Shown piece by piece: positions 27,218-38,516 of a DNA stretch of 58,200 bases. Source of the DNA: Candidatus Limnocylindrales bacterium (GTDB lineage Bacteria > Chloroflexota > Limnocylindria > Limnocylindrales > CSP1-4); the NCBI GenBank assembly GCA_052144055.1, contig JBKQRF010000108.1:1-58200 (forward strand). The letters are read 5' to 3'. The notes beneath the pieces were generated by a model. It was given only the letters and a program-made list of their open reading frames with translations, searched no databases and had not been told where the DNA came from. The translations under genes and the position numbers were made by a program. Each line of letters begins with the position of its first letter. Within the stretch, counting starts at the first letter, position 1.

Positions 27218-28761
27218 TGGCGGAAATGGCGCCGGCCGGTGAAGACCATCGCCATGTGATGCCGGTCGGCCACCTCGACCGACATCTCGTCGCGGCTGGA
27301 TCCGCCGGGCTGGATGATCGCGGTCACCCCTCGTTCCGCCGCCAGCTGGATCGCGTCGGCGAACGGGAAATAGGCGTCGCTCCCCATGCAGCTGAGCTTT
27401 GCGCGGTCCGAAGCCTTGTGCAGGGCGATCTCCACCGCGGCGAGGCGGCTCGTCTGTCCGGCACCCACGCCGACGGTGGCCATGTTCCGAGCCAGGACGA
27501 CCGCGTTGCTCGGCACGTGTTTCACCGCGCGCCACGCAAACAGCAGGTCCGTCAGCTCCTCGAGCGTCGGCCGTCGCTGCGTGACAACCCGCATCTGTTG
27601 GCGGTCGGGGTCCAGCCGGTCGATGGTCTCGACCAGGACGCCACCTCCGATGCGGCGAAAGTCGAGGTTGGCCATCCCGTAGTCGGAGATGCCATAAGCG
27701 GGGCTAGGAGGCACTCGGAGGATGCGAAGGTCGTCCTTCTCCATCAGCACGGCGAGCGCGTTTTCCTCGAAACCGGGCGCTACCACCGCCTCGTACTGGT
27801 TCCCCAGGATTTCGCTGGCCGTGGGCGCATCGATCGGGCGGTTGGCTGCGACCACAGAGCCGCCGGCGGCGACGGGATCGCCCTCCAGGGCTTTCCGGTA
27901 CGCGTCGCAAAGGTCGTCGCGCGAGGCGATCCCGACCGGCGTAACACCCTTCGCCATACACACGGCAGGCGCGGCGAAGTCGGACACGATGCGGTAGGCG
28001 GCGTCCATCGAGAGCAGATCATTGAAGGACGGCGGTGGACCGTGGAGCTGCGTCGCATCGGCGAGCGAGCCCTGTCGGTGTGACGTCTCGCGGTAGAACG
28101 CCGCGTGCTGGTGCGGGTTCTCGCCGTAGGCGAGGTCGGTCTTCTTGTCAAGGACCAACGTGAGATGGTCGGGGAACCGGACCCCGCTCACGTGGTTCAG
28201 GTAGGCGGCGACCTCGGCGTTGTACGCGGATACCGCGGCAAAGGCGTCGGCGGCAAGCCGCTCCCTGAGCTCGGCCGAGACCACGCCGCGTGTCAGGATG
28301 TCCTCCAGGACCTCGGGATAGCGGGCGGGGTTGGACACGGCGGCGACGCCCGCGAAGTTGCGGGCGGCGGCTGAAAGGAGGGCTACCCCGCCGACGTCGA
28401 TCATGTCGACCGCCTCATTGAGCGGAATGAGGTGCACACTCACCTGTGGGGCGAAGGGACGGACGTTGACGACGACCAGGTCGAGCAGCCCAATTTGCTG
28501 GTCGGCAAGCTCGGCCAACTCGTCGGGGCGATCGCGCCGGGCGAGAATGCCGGCGTAGATCGCGGGGTGGAACGTCTTGACTTGTCCCCCCAGCAGCGAA
28601 GGGAGCGACGTCAGCTCACCGACCGAGGCGACCTCTACGCCCTCGCCGACGAGGTGCTCGCGGGTCCCGTCGGTCGCGTAGACCGCTACGTGCAGTGCCA
28701 GCAGCTCGCGGGCAAACGACGCGATCCCGTCGCGATCCGCGACCGACAGCAAGGCTCGCAC
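27214..28761 (-). CDS. purH: PurH-family AICAR transformylase/IMP cyclohydrolase, diverged
   Basis: VRALLSV, VKTFHP, IDVGG, YGENPHQ, SDAYFPF.D, IIQPGGS.RD and MVFTGRRHFRH. Several catalytic positions are altered. Confidence 0.88.
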   Translation of the reverse strand: MRALLSVADRDGIASFARELLALHVAVYATDGTREHLVGEGVEVASVGELTSLPSLLGGQVKTFHPAIYAGILARRDRPDELAELADQQIGLLDLVVVNVRPFAPQVSVHLIPLNEAVDMIDVGGVALLSAAARNFAGVAAVSNPARYPEVLEDILTRGVVSAELRERLAADAFAAVSAYNAEVAAYLNHVSGVRFPDHLTLVLDKKTDLAYGENPHQHAAFYRETSHRQGSLADATQLHGPPPSFNDLLSMDAAYRIVSDFAAPAVCMAKGVTPVGIASRDDLCDAYRKALEGDPVAAGGSVVAANRPIDAPTASEILGNQYEAVVAPGFEENALAVLMEKDDLRILRVPPSPAYGISDYGMANLDFRRIGGGVLVETIDRLDPDRQQMRVVTQRRPTLEELTDLLFAWRAVKHVPSNAVVLARNMATVGVGAGQTSRLAAVEIALHKASDRAKLSCMGSDAYFPFADAIQLAAERGVTAIIQPGGSSRDEMSVEVADRHHMAMVFTGRRHFRH

Positions 28762-28836
28762 CCGGTTCCTCCAGCTGCGATCAGGCGAGCGGCGGCGCGG
28801 ATCCATGCCGAGCGCGTGCCGTCCTGGGGCGAGGTG

Positions 28837-28845
28837 AGTATAGCA
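28837..28845 (-). promoter_or_regulatory. Extended -10 promoter (TGcTATACT) upstream of purH
   Basis: Matches TGnTAnnnT ~75 nt upstream of the start. Confidence 0.5.
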
Positions 28846-29039
28846 ACGGCTTTCCGACGTCCGACACGCGGGCACCGACCCGGTGCTCCCGACCCGTGCG
28901 CCCGCAACTCGCCCTGCCCGACGATGAGTAGCTCGCGCCCGGCGCCCGCACGCTTGCTGCCGACCCGGTATCCTCCGCGGCAGACTCATCGCCATCGAGG
29001 CCCCGTGGTCGACCGATCGGAGACGCTCCGTTGACGCAC

Positions 29040-29459
29040 ATGCCCTGGTACTACTTCTTCCAGCCGTTCAACTCGATCGAGTTTCCGGACCTGTTGAACC
29101 CGCTGTGGATCCTGGCGCTGCTACTGCTCGTCGCGCAGGTGGTCCTCTACAACGTGCGTGCGCGCCAGCTCCGCAGGCACGAGCCGCTGGTGTCCCTGCA
29201 GGAGTGGCTGCTGTGGACCGGCGTGATCTCGTTCTCACTGATCCTGATCGAGGCCGTGTTCGCCTGGTACTTCCTGTTCGTCCTCGTGACGGTCATCGTG
29301 GGGCTTGGGGTGTACGTGTGGGTGCGGTTCCTGCGGTTCCCTCCACTGATCGCCCAGTACAACGAGTACCTACGGCGCACGCGCTTCTTCAGCCAGGCGA
29401 AGTACAAGCATCCCGAGGCGACCATCCGGCCGAGCCGGCGGAGACGCCGCGCTCGTTGA
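29040..29459 (+). CDS. Hypothetical membrane protein (3 TM, basic tail)
   Basis: Three hydrophobic helices and GC3-biased codons. Confidence 0.75.
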   Translation: MPWYYFFQPFNSIEFPDLLNPLWILALLLLVAQVVLYNVRARQLRRHEPLVSLQEWLLWTGVISFSLILIEAVFAWYFLFVLVTVIVGLGVYVWVRFLRFPPLIAQYNEYLRRTRFFSQAKYKHPEATIRPSRRRRRAR

Positions 29460-29516
29460 CCCATGGCCGCCCGACGCGCGACCCGCGGCCGGCGGCGCCG
29501 CAGCTGGGAGTTGCGT

Positions 29517-30008
29517 ATGGAGATTCGCCGCTTCGGTCCCGGGCACCGTCGGCCCGACGGGCCGCCCGGAACCCAGGGGGTGACCGGGCAGGTCATACAT
29601 CAGGACGGCCGAGGGACCGTCGCCGAACTGGCGTTCGCGGCCAGGGCGATGATGGCGCCGCACACGAACCCCAATACCACGTACTTCGTTGTGGTGAGTG
29701 GCGGCGGGTTCGTGCAGGTCGCGGACGAGCGAGCCCGCGTCGGGCATGGCGAGGCGGTCGTCTGGCCGGCTGGCCAGCTCCACGGCGCGTGGACGGACGG
29801 CACCGAGATGCGCGCGCTCGTGGTCGAGTTCAGCGGCAGCGACGACGACGCGCTCGAGCTGGCGGGCCGCGTGCGCGAAGGCCTGTCTCACTCGCCCGTG
29901 GGTGTGTCCGAGCGCTCCGACCCGGTCGAGCGCGGGCGCGGATCGTTGGCCGAACCGCCGCCGCCGGCGCCCGCGGACCGGGACGAGTCCAGCGGGGAGC
30001 CCTGGTAG
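29517..30008 (+). CDS. Cupin domain protein
   Basis: PHTNPN..FVVVSGGG.V and GEAVVWPAGQLHGAW. Confidence 0.75.
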   Translation: MEIRRFGPGHRRPDGPPGTQGVTGQVIHQDGRGTVAELAFAARAMMAPHTNPNTTYFVVVSGGGFVQVADERARVGHGEAVVWPAGQLHGAWTDGTEMRALVVEFSGSDDDALELAGRVREGLSHSPVGVSERSDPVERGRGSLAEPPPPAPADRDESSGEPW

Positions 30009-30640
30009 TCGGCGGGCCCCAGCAGCGCCGCGAGCTGTCCCAGGACGCGCGCGGTGGCTCCCCAGATCCGGTAGCCGGCAACGGGGTAGGCACCGTACCG
30101 CAGCCTCCATCCAGACCGTTCTTCCTCGACTGTCACCATCGGCGCGCCGGCCATGAAGGCGCGAAGCGGGACCTCGAGGACGGCTGAGACTTCGCGCTCG
30201 TCGCCCTCTAAGAACGGCCTGCGGGCTGCTGCCGCCATCACCGGATGCAGGCGAAAGCCGGAGGCCCGCACCTCCACCGAGCCGAGCTGTCCGAGCAGGC
30301 GCAGACCGCACTGCGCCGGGTCGAGCCCGACCTCCTCATGCGCCTCGCGGATGGCGGTCTCCGCCATGGAGGCGTCCTCGGGCTCCACCGCGCCTCCAGG
30401 AAAGCTCACCTCGCCGGCGTGCCTCAGCTGCCCGGCCGGCCGCTCGGTCAGGACCGTCCACGGTTCGCCGTCAGGGCCGGGGTACAACAGGACGAGGACC
30501 GCCGCGTCGCGGATTTCGCGACCAGCGTCCCGCGCGACCGGCTCGGTCTCTCGGACCGCGACGGGTCGCAACGCCTCGGGCGGCTCCGGCAGCGGATCCG
30601 GGAGGCGCTCGAGCTGCACGACGGCATCTTCGAAGCGCAT
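29888..30640 (-). CDS. Nudix hydrolase, CoA pyrophosphatase type
   Basis: AAVLVLL, LTER..LRHAGEVSFPGG..E..TAIREAHEEVGL and IWGATA. Confidence 0.9.
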   Translation of the reverse strand: MRFEDAVVQLERLPDPLPEPPEALRPVAVRETEPVARDAGREIRDAAVLVLLYPGPDGEPWTVLTERPAGQLRHAGEVSFPGGAVEPEDASMAETAIREAHEEVGLDPAQCGLRLLGQLGSVEVRASGFRLHPVMAAAARRPFLEGDEREVSAVLEVPLRAFMAGAPMVTVEEERSGWRLRYGAYPVAGYRIWGATARVLGQLAALLGPADYQGSPLDSSRSAGAGGGGSANDPRPRSTGSERSDTPTGE

Positions 30641-30759
30641 CGTCGGATCGTACGCGAAAGGCCGGCTGGCACCCATGGTCCATGGCGAGAGTGCGCGGGA
30701 CACTGAGTTCCGCGCCGCGGGCCGCGTCGCCGGTGGCTCGCGCCGAAGGTCCCGCCTTC

Positions 30760-33486
30760 CTACTGGATAATCGGGCCGCTGGTGCGTCGGGGCCGGCCGG
30801 CGGCAGCGATCGTCTCCTCGATGATGTCGCGCGGTCGCGTCGGCTGATCCGCCGAGCGGGCGTCGCGCCGCCCGGTGGCCGCCACCACCTGGTCGCCCGA
30901 CCGGAAGAGGACCGTGCCAGTGGCTTGGTCCGCCTCCACGGTGAGCCTCGACCCGGGCTGGAACCGGCCCTCGAGGAGGGCGCGGGCCAGCGGGTTCTCG
31001 ATCGCCCGCTGCACCGCTCGCTTGAGCGGCCGGGCTCCGAACGCGGGATCGTGGCCCTCGGCCGCGAGCAGTAGACGCACCGAGGGCGCCAGCTCGATCG
31101 TCAAGTCCACGTCCGCCAGCCGCCGCTGCAGGTCGGCCACCAACAAGTCGACAATGGCCGCCAGGTCGGCGTCCGTCAGCGAGTGGAAAACGATGACCTC
31201 GTCGACCCGGTTCAGGAACTCCGGCCGGAACTGCAGTCGCAGCGCCTCCATGACCTGTCGGCGCATCTGCTCGTGCTCCTGGTCGTCTCCCTGCCCGGAG
31301 GGGGGCGCGATGAACTGGCTCCCGACGTTGCTGGTCATGATCACGACGGTGTCCTTGAAGTTCACCGTGCGACCTTGGCCGTCGGTCAGGCGGCCGTCGT
31401 CGAGCACCTGCAGGAGGACGTTGAACACGTCCGGGTGTGCCTTCTCGATCTCGTCGAGCAGGATCACCTGGTACGGGCGACGTCGCACGGACTCGGTGAG
31501 CTGGCCGCCCTCCTCGTACCCCACATATCCGGGCGGAGCCCCGATCAGCCGGCTGACGGCGAACTTCTCCATGTACTCGCTCATGTCGAGACGCGTCATG
31601 GCCTGGTCGTCGTCGAACAGGAACTGCGCCAAGGCGCGGGCCAGTTCGGTCTTCCCCACCCCAGTGGGGCCAAGGAAGATGAACGACCCGATCGGCCGAC
31701 GAGGGTCCTTCAGGCCGGCGCGAGCGCGGCGGACGGCGTCGCTGACAGCCTCGATCGCCTCGTCCTGTCCGATGACTCGCTCGTGCAGCCGCTCCTCCAT
31801 GTGGATGAGCTTGGCCTGCTCTCCCTCCATCAGGCGCGTCACAGGGATGCCGGTCCACTGGCTCACGATCTTGGCGATGTCGTCGGGGTCGACCTCCTCC
31901 TTGAGGAGACGGCTCGACCCGTCGAACGCGGCGAGGGCGCCCTCCTGCTGCTCCAGCTGGCCCTGCAGTTCGACCCGCCGGCCGTAGCGGAGCTCAGCGG
32001 CCCGCCCGTAGTCGGCGGCACGCTCGGCCGCCTCGATGTCGTGCTGGAGCCCCTCGAGTGCGGCCTTGGTGTGCCGAAGGCCGGCGATGGCGGACTTCTC
32101 GGTGTGCCACCGCTGCTTGAGGGCGCCCGCCTGCTCGCCGATCTCGGCCAGTTCGCGCTCGAGTGCCTCCAGGCGCGCCTTCGAGGCATCGTCCTGCTCC
32201 TTGCGCAGGGCCTCGCGCTCGATCTCGAGCTGGATCCGCCGCCGCTCCAGCTCGTCGAGCTCGGCTGGCATCGAATCGATCTCCATGCGCAGCCGGCTTG
32301 CCGCCTCGTCCACGAGGTCGATCGCCTTGTCGGGCATGAACCGGCCGCTGATGTAGCGGTGTGAGAGCACTGCGGCCGCGACCAGCGCTGAGTCCTTGAT
32401 GCGCACACCATGGTGCACTTCATACCGCTCGCGCAAGCCGCGCAGGATCGAAACGGTCTCCTCAACCGTTGGCTCGTCCACGTACACCGGCTGGAAGCGC
32501 CGCTCGAGCGCGGCGTCCTTCTCGATGTGCTTGTGATACTCGACGAGCGTGGTGGCCCCGATGGCGTGCAGCTCGCCGCGGGCCAGCATCGGCTTGAGCA
32601 GGTTCGACGCGTCCATAGCGCCCTCCGCTGCGCCCGCGCCGACTACCGTGTGGAGCTCGTCGATGAACAGGATCACCTGGCCCGCACTCTCCGTGATTTC
32701 CTTGAGCACGGCCTTCAGCCGTTCCTCGAACTCGCCGCGGTACTTCGCGCCGGCGATCAGCCCCCCCATGTCGAGACCGATCACGCGCTTGTCGCGGAGC
32801 GTTTCCGGGACGTCGCCGCGCACGATCCGCTGCGCAAGGCCCTCGACGATCGCGGTCTTGCCCACTCCGGGCTCGCCGATCAGGACCGGGTTGTTCTTGG
32901 TACGGCGGCTCAGGACTTGGATGACGCGGCGGATCTCTTCGTCGCGCCCCACGACCGGATCGAGCTTGCCGTCGCGCGCCGCGCCCGTCAGGTCGATCCC
33001 GTACTTCTCAAGCGCCTGGTACGTCGACTCGGGGTGCTGCGAGGTCACTCGCTGGTTGCCCCGCACGCTGGCAAGCGCTTGGAGGATGCGTTCGTGGGTC
33101 GCGCCGTGTTGCTCGAGGATGCGCTGCGCGTCGCCGCCGGCCTTCGAGACTCCGAGCAGGAGGTGTTCTGTGGAGACGTACTCGTCCTTGAGCCGCTTCG
33201 CCTCGTCCTCCGCTCGCTCCAGCGACTCCCGTGCCCTCGGCGCGAGCGAGAGCGACCCGCCCTCGATGTGCGCGCGCCGAGACAGCGCCGCCGCCAGCTC
33301 CGCACGGATCCCCCCTGGGTCGCCGTTGAGTCGCCGAAGCGTGGTGGCGGGGATGCCGGCCTCGTCTTCGACCAGCGCGGCAAGCAGGTGCTCGGCGTCG
33401 AGGACCGGGCTCTGCATGTCCGTGGCCAGCCGCTGAGAATCCACAATCGCCTGCTGGGCCTTCTCCGTGTACCTGTCGAGTTTCAT
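30760..33486 (-). CDS. clpB: ATP-dependent disaggregase ClpB
   Basis: Two AAA+ domains ([16 protein letters not shown]), a coiled-coil M domain and GARPLKR. Confidence 0.96.
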   Translation of the reverse strand: MKLDRYTEKAQQAIVDSQRLATDMQSPVLDAEHLLAALVEDEAGIPATTLRRLNGDPGGIRAELAAALSRRAHIEGGSLSLAPRARESLERAEDEAKRLKDEYVSTEHLLLGVSKAGGDAQRILEQHGATHERILQALASVRGNQRVTSQHPESTYQALEKYGIDLTGAARDGKLDPVVGRDEEIRRVIQVLSRRTKNNPVLIGEPGVGKTAIVEGLAQRIVRGDVPETLRDKRVIGLDMGGLIAGAKYRGEFEERLKAVLKEITESAGQVILFIDELHTVVGAGAAEGAMDASNLLKPMLARGELHAIGATTLVEYHKHIEKDAALERRFQPVYVDEPTVEETVSILRGLRERYEVHHGVRIKDSALVAAAVLSHRYISGRFMPDKAIDLVDEAASRLRMEIDSMPAELDELERRRIQLEIEREALRKEQDDASKARLEALERELAEIGEQAGALKQRWHTEKSAIAGLRHTKAALEGLQHDIEAAERAADYGRAAELRYGRRVELQGQLEQQEGALAAFDGSSRLLKEEVDPDDIAKIVSQWTGIPVTRLMEGEQAKLIHMEERLHERVIGQDEAIEAVSDAVRRARAGLKDPRRPIGSFIFLGPTGVGKTELARALAQFLFDDDQAMTRLDMSEYMEKFAVSRLIGAPPGYVGYEEGGQLTESVRRRPYQVILLDEIEKAHPDVFNVLLQVLDDGRLTDGQGRTVNFKDTVVIMTSNVGSQFIAPPSGQGDDQEHEQMRRQVMEALRLQFRPEFLNRVDEVIVFHSLTDADLAAIVDLLVADLQRRLADVDLTIELAPSVRLLLAAEGHDPAFGARPLKRAVQRAIENPLARALLEGRFQPGSRLTVEADQATGTVLFRSGDQVVAATGRRDARSADQPTRPRDIIEETIAAAGRPRRTSGPIIQ

Positions 33487-34622
33487 CGTCTGTCGGCGGT
33501 CCTTGTCGCGTGATCGCTGGTGCGTGCTGTCGTTGCATCTGCCTTCGTGGGGCCGGCCTGGTCGGCCGCGTCCAGGAAACGAGTCGCGAGCTCGCGGGCG
33601 TGCTCGTCGAGGTTCGTGGGCAGGACCACGCGCACGCGGCAGTACAGGTCGCCCCGGGCGTCGACCCGGAATCGCGGGAGGCCCTGGCCGGCCAGACGGA
33701 AGATGCGGCCGCTCTGGGTCCCGGCAGGGATCCGCAGAAGCAGTCGGCCTCCCGCCAGCGTCTCCACGGGGACTTCTCCTCCTAGGAGGGCGTCGCGCAG
33801 GGAGATGTTCACGTCGCGCGTGAGGTCTGCGGCGTTCCGTTCGAACGTCGGGTGAGGGAGCACCCTGATGCGCACGTAGAGGTCGCCTGCCGCAGGCCCG
33901 CTCCCGGCCTTCCCACTCAGCCGGATCCGCTGACGGTCCGCTGCTCCAGGCGGGATCGTGACCTCGTAGCGCCGGTCGCTCACCTGGAGCAACCGCGTGG
34001 TGCCGTGGAACACTTCCTCGAGGGTGACTTCGGCCTCTGCCTCCACGTCCTGTTTCGGAGCGCCTGACGTGGTCGCGCGTCCACGGCGGCCGCGCGCCCG
34101 CGCGGGCGTGCCCTCGAAGCCGAGGCCGCCGAGGAGGTCGTCGTAGTCTATGGACATCCCAGCGCCGGCGCCTCGCATCGGGTTCTGCCCGCCTCCGGCC
34201 CCGGTCGCAGAGCCGCCGGTGCCCGGCGCCCCGCCACCGAAGAACGTCCGGAAGAAATCGCTGAAACCGGAGAGATCCTCCGCGCTGCCGCGGTACTCGA
34301 AGCGGATGCCTCCCGGGCCCGTCCCTCCCGCACCGCTTGCGTACGAGCGGTGAACCAAGTCGGCGAACGGGTTATCCGCCGCGCCACCCTGCTGGTACGA
34401 GGCCCAGTTCGCGCCTAGCGTGTCGTAGGCCTTGCGCTTCTCTGGATCGTTGAGGACCGCATGGGCCTCGTTGACCTCCTTGAACCGCCGCTCTGCCTCC
34501 GGATTCCCCTTGTTCACGTCCGGGTGATGCTGGCGCGCGAGCTTGCGGAAGGCCTTCTTGATCTCGGCCTGGCTCGCCGTGCGTGGTACGCCCAGGATCG
34601 CGTAGTAGTCCTTGTATTCCAT
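33483..34622 (-). CDS. dnaJ: Class B J-domain protein (DnaJ/CbpA-like, no zinc finger)
   Basis: MEYKDYY..HPD, a G/F-rich region and a C-terminal DnaJ domain, without CxxCxGxG repeats. Confidence 0.9.
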   Translation of the reverse strand: MEYKDYYAILGVPRTASQAEIKKAFRKLARQHHPDVNKGNPEAERRFKEVNEAHAVLNDPEKRKAYDTLGANWASYQQGGAADNPFADLVHRSYASGAGGTGPGGIRFEYRGSAEDLSGFSDFFRTFFGGGAPGTGGSATGAGGGQNPMRGAGAGMSIDYDDLLGGLGFEGTPARARGRRGRATTSGAPKQDVEAEAEVTLEEVFHGTTRLLQVSDRRYEVTIPPGAADRQRIRLSGKAGSGPAAGDLYVRIRVLPHPTFERNAADLTRDVNISLRDALLGGEVPVETLAGGRLLLRIPAGTQSGRIFRLAGQGLPRFRVDARGDLYCRVRVVLPTNLDEHARELATRFLDAADQAGPTKADATTARTSDHATRTADRR

Positions 34623-34673
34623 CTGGCCCGCCAAGCAGTGTCCGGCTCCTCGACGTTGCCGGACACCCGGTGC

Positions 34674-37166
34674 TCACTGCTCGATGCTGACTACCATGGC
34701 CGGTGTCGGCGGAAACGCATTCCGTCCGGCGGCGGCCTCCGGCACCCCGGGCTCTCGCTCGGGCTGCGACTCGGGGGACTGCGCCGTCAGCGCCGCGGGC
34801 CGCCGCCGGAGCGCCGACTCCAGCACCTGGTCCATCGTTTCGACGAGGACCAGCTTCATCTGACGCCGGATCTCCTCTGGGATATCCCGCAGGTCCTTCT
34901 CGTTGCGTTTCGGCAGGATCACTGTGGAGGCGCCGGCGAGGTGAGCGGCGAGGATCTTGCTCTTCAACCCGCCGATCGGCAGGACACGTCCGCGCAGCGT
35001 GATCTCACCGGTCATTGCCACGTCCTTCCGGACGGGGATTCCCGTGAGCGCGCTCACGATCGCGGTGGCCATCGTGATCCCAGCGGACGGCCCGTCCTTA
35101 GGGATCGCGCCGGCCGGCACGTGGATGTGCAGCGTGTTCTTCTCGAACACCTCGCGGGTGATCCCCAGCTCTCGGGCGTGGGCCCGTGTCCAGGAGAGTC
35201 CGGCCCGTGCCGACTCCCGCATAACCTCGCCCAGCTGGCCCGTGAGGATAAAGTCCTCCTTGCCCTCCATGCGGGTGACTTCGACGGCGACGATGTCGCC
35301 GCCGGTCTCGGTCACCACGAGGCCCGTAGCCGCGCCGACTTGGTCCTCGGGTTCCAGCTCGCCGTACTCGAAACGAGGCGCGCCCAGGAACTCGTCGAGT
35401 TTCTTGACGTCGATCACCGTCTTGCGCTTGCGGCCCTCGGCCACGGTCTTGGCGACCTTGCGCATGCTGTTCGCGATCTCGCGCTCGAGGTTCCGGACGC
35501 CGGCCTCGTGCGTGTACGCCTGCACCAGCTCGGTCAGCGCCTCGTCGGTAATCTCGATGTGCTTCGCCGTTAGCCCGTGGTTGGTCATCTGCTTTGGGAT
35601 AAGGAACCGCCGGCCGATCTCGGTCTTCTCCAGCTGCGTGTAGCCGGGCAACTGGATGACTTCCATGCGGTCCCGGAGCGCCGCAGGGATCGGATCGAGC
35701 AGGTTGGCCGTCGTGATGAACAGCACCTTGGACAGGTCGAACGGCACCTCGAGGTAGTTGTCCTGGAAGGTGTTGTTCTGCTCCGGGTCGAGCACTTCGA
35801 GCAGTGCGGAGCTGGGGTCGCCGCGGAAGTCCATGCCGATCTTGTCGACCTCGTCGAGCATGAACACCGGGTTGTTCGACCCGCCTTGCTTGATGCTCTG
35901 GACGATGCGGCCGGGAAGGGCCCCGATGTACGTGCGCCGATGGCCGCGGATCTCCGCCTCGTCGTGGATGCCGCCCAGGCTCATCCGCACGAACTTGCGG
36001 CCCATTGCCCGCGCGATGCTCTTGCCCAGGGATGTCTTGCCCACGCCGGGCGGGCCGACGAAGGCCAGGATCGGGCTGCGGATGGTGCTCGCCAGGGTGC
36101 GCACCGCGAGGTACTCGAGGATCCGCTCCTTCACCTTCTCCAGGCCGTAGTGGTCCTCGTCGAGGATCTTGGCGGCCTGCTTGATGTCGAGGTTGTCCTC
36201 GGTCGAGACGTTCCAGGGCAGGCCGACCAGCCAGTCGACGTAGGTGCGGATCACACCAACCTCGGGGGAGGCGGACGGGATCCGGCTCATGCGGTCGATC
36301 TCCTTGATCGCCCGGGTCTTCACTTCGTCCGGCATGCCGGCTGCTTCGACCTTGTCGCGCAGCTCGTTGATCTCGGCCTGTTGCGGGTCGTCCTCGCCCA
36401 GCTCGCGTTGGATCGCCTTTAGTTGCTCGCGCAGGATGTACTCGCGCTGCGTCTTGTCCATCTCGGACTTGACTTCGGACTGGATCTTGCCCTTCAGCTC
36501 GAGGATCTCGATCTGCCGTGCCAGAAACTCCGAGACAAGGCGGAGCCGCTCGACGACGTCGGTGGTCTCGAGCATCTGCTGCCGCTGTTCGGTGCTCATG
36601 TCGGGGCTGTACGCCACCATGTCGGCGAGGAGCCCAGGCTCGGTGATGTTGCGAGCGGCGACAGCCGCTTCCGGTGGTACGGGCGCGCCGGACTGGACGT
36701 ACTGCTCGATCTGCGACTGCACGCTTCGCATCAGCGCCTGCACCTCGAGACCCGAGGGCTTCTGATCCTCGAGCATCTCGACGATGGCCACGACGTACGG
36801 GTCCGTCTGCTGGAACGACACGACCCGCAAACGCTGCTGACCCTGCACGATGGCGCGGACCGTGCCGTCCTGCAGCTGCACGACCTGCGCCACCTTGGCG
36901 AGGGTGCCGACCTGATACAACTCCCCTGGATCGTCGATCTCCTCGCGGTCGGCCACGCGCTGTGTCACCAACGCAATGGGTGACGAGTCGGCGACGGCCG
37001 CGTTCAGCGCCTTCACCGACTTGTCCCGGCCCACTTGAAGCGGGACGATCATCTCAGGGAAGATCACCGTCTCGCGCAGGGCGAGCAGCGGCAACTCCCG
37101 GCGGGATAGACCGGGGTTCACAGGTGTCGGCTGCGTCTCATCCGGGCTCGACGGTCGATCGGTCAT
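34674..37166 (-). CDS. lon: Lon protease
   Basis: LON N-domain, [20 protein letters not shown] and catalytic PKDGPSAG..K. Confidence 0.96.
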   Translation of the reverse strand: MTDRPSSPDETQPTPVNPGLSRRELPLLALRETVIFPEMIVPLQVGRDKSVKALNAAVADSSPIALVTQRVADREEIDDPGELYQVGTLAKVAQVVQLQDGTVRAIVQGQQRLRVVSFQQTDPYVVAIVEMLEDQKPSGLEVQALMRSVQSQIEQYVQSGAPVPPEAAVAARNITEPGLLADMVAYSPDMSTEQRQQMLETTDVVERLRLVSEFLARQIEILELKGKIQSEVKSEMDKTQREYILREQLKAIQRELGEDDPQQAEINELRDKVEAAGMPDEVKTRAIKEIDRMSRIPSASPEVGVIRTYVDWLVGLPWNVSTEDNLDIKQAAKILDEDHYGLEKVKERILEYLAVRTLASTIRSPILAFVGPPGVGKTSLGKSIARAMGRKFVRMSLGGIHDEAEIRGHRRTYIGALPGRIVQSIKQGGSNNPVFMLDEVDKIGMDFRGDPSSALLEVLDPEQNNTFQDNYLEVPFDLSKVLFITTANLLDPIPAALRDRMEVIQLPGYTQLEKTEIGRRFLIPKQMTNHGLTAKHIEITDEALTELVQAYTHEAGVRNLEREIANSMRKVAKTVAEGRKRKTVIDVKKLDEFLGAPRFEYGELEPEDQVGAATGLVVTETGGDIVAVEVTRMEGKEDFILTGQLGEVMRESARAGLSWTRAHARELGITREVFEKNTLHIHVPAGAIPKDGPSAGITMATAIVSALTGIPVRKDVAMTGEITLRGRVLPIGGLKSKILAAHLAGASTVILPKRNEKDLRDIPEEIRRQMKLVLVETMDQVLESALRRRPAALTAQSPESQPEREPGVPEAAAGRNAFPPTPAMVVSIEQ

Positions 37167-37180
37167 GATTGCGTCATCTC

Positions 37181-37540
37181 CTACTTTGCGGGCGACCGGT
37201 GCGCGACAGGAGCTTCCTCCGGCGATTCGTCCCCGTCCCCGTCCAGGGTTGGTTCGGTGTAGAGAGCCTCGAGGATGGGCGTCCCCAGCTTTTCTTCGAG
37301 CTCGAAGAGGATCCGGATCCCGGCCAAGTTGACGCCCAGGTTCTGGGTGAGGTGTCGAATCCAGAGGACCCGGCGAAGGTCGCGTTCCGAATAGAGGCGG
37401 ATATTGGTCGGCGTGCGCGCCGGGCAGAGGAGACCCTCGTCCTCGTAGATGCGCAGTGTGCGCGGGTGGACTCGGACAATGCTGGCGGCCACGCTGATCA
37501 CGTAGACCGGCTGACCCGGATCTCGTACGCGGTCCCGCAC
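37181..37540 (-). CDS. hspR: MerR-family heat-shock repressor HspR
   Basis: [35 protein letters not shown]. It lies within a chaperone operon. Start uncertain. Confidence 0.85.
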   Translation of the reverse strand: MRDRVRDPGQPVYVISVAASIVRVHPRTLRIYEDEGLLCPARTPTNIRLYSERDLRRVLWIRHLTQNLGVNLAGIRILFELEEKLGTPILEALYTEPTLDGDGDESPEEAPVAHRSPAK

Positions 37541-37556
37541 GACCCGACCGTCCTGT

Positions 37557-38054
37557 TCAGCGGCCGTCGGACGGCCGGCGGTCCGAACCGGCGGCGTTCG
37601 TCGCATCGTCGGTCACGGGCGTGATGCGGATTTGCCGCGGCCGCGCCTCGTCGCGCTTGGGGAGCGTGAGCGTGAGCATGCCGTGCTCGTAGTGGGCCTG
37701 GGCCTGGTCGGCACTCACGTCGCCCGGCAGCTGGATCGTCCGGCTGAACCGGCCGCGTCGCAGCTCGCGGAACAGGTAGCCTCGCTCGTCCTCCGAGCGT
37801 TCCTCCCGGAACTCGCCGCTGACCGTGAGGGCGTCTCCCTCGACCGTGATATCAACGTCTTCGGGCTTTACCCCGGGGAGCGCCGCCTTCACGACGAGGG
37901 CGTCGCTGCTTCGGTAGATATCGAGGGGCAAGAACGCCGAGTCGGCGTCGCCCGCCCACCGCGGCCGGACGTACGAATCCTCGAACAGGCGGTCCATGGC
38001 CTGGCGCAGCGACACGAGATCGCTGAACGGGCCCGTTCTCCGCACGATGGTCAT
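37557..38054 (-). CDS. Small heat-shock protein Hsp20
   Basis: LRQAMDRLFE, LPGVKPEDVDI, GRFSRTIQLP and YEHGMLTLTLPK..RQI. Confidence 0.93.
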   Translation of the reverse strand: MTIVRRTGPFSDLVSLRQAMDRLFEDSYVRPRWAGDADSAFLPLDIYRSSDALVVKAALPGVKPEDVDITVEGDALTVSGEFREERSEDERGYLFRELRRGRFSRTIQLPGDVSADQAQAHYEHGMLTLTLPKRDEARPRQIRITPVTDDATNAAGSDRRPSDGR

Positions 38055-38168
38055 GATGTCGCTTCTCCTGTGGCCGTTTGCCACCGGACTCTTCGATGCG
38101 GCCCCGCCACATGAGGCCGGAGGGGCGCTGGGTCCACTCCCCCGCGCACCGCGAGCCACATGGTCAAC

Positions 38169-38189
38169 CCTGACAATCTTGTTGTCAAG
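38169..38189. promoter_or_regulatory. HAIR-like inverted repeat (candidate HspR operator) overlapping a TTGACA -35
   Basis: CCTGACA-N7-TGTCAAG in an AT-richer patch upstream of hsp20; same 7-7-7 geometry as HAIR (CTTGAGT-N7-ACTCAAG). Confidence 0.6.
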
Positions 38190-38516
38190 AGTATTGCCGT
38201 TTCTTCATATAGAGAGCTGTCACCGTCAGACGCAACAAAGGGGTATACGAGGGTGACGCTTCCGTCGGCAGGCTCGTCTGTTAGGCCGGGGTCCACGGGG
38301 GTCGGATCCGCCGGCTCCGCCCTGCCGGGCGGCGGGTCCGCTGGTGAGGGATGGGCACCGCCGGCCCAACGGCCGGGCTCCGGCCCACGCTCCGCGACAA
38401 CGAACCGGGCGCCGGGCCCTGCGTCAGGCCCCTTCATTGCCTGTGCGAGCATCAGGGGCGTCCCGGATGCGCGCGGGCGGCTGACGAAGCGAACGCGTGA
38501 ACGCCCGGACGCGCGA

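Noticed and set aside
28762-29030. ZMP/ZTP (pfl) riboswitch upstream of purH
   Set aside because: The characteristic GACTGGCG..CGCCTGGG elements were not found, and the leader after the extended -10 is short.
38055-38160. ROSE-type RNA thermometer before hsp20
   Set aside because: A small GTGGC/GCCAC hairpin precedes the SD but does not sequester it, and no U(U/C)GCU motif pairs with the SD.
38160-38516. ORFs in the hsp20-trkA intergenic region
   Set aside because: Low-complexity translations with no motifs; treated as promoter/terminator DNA.
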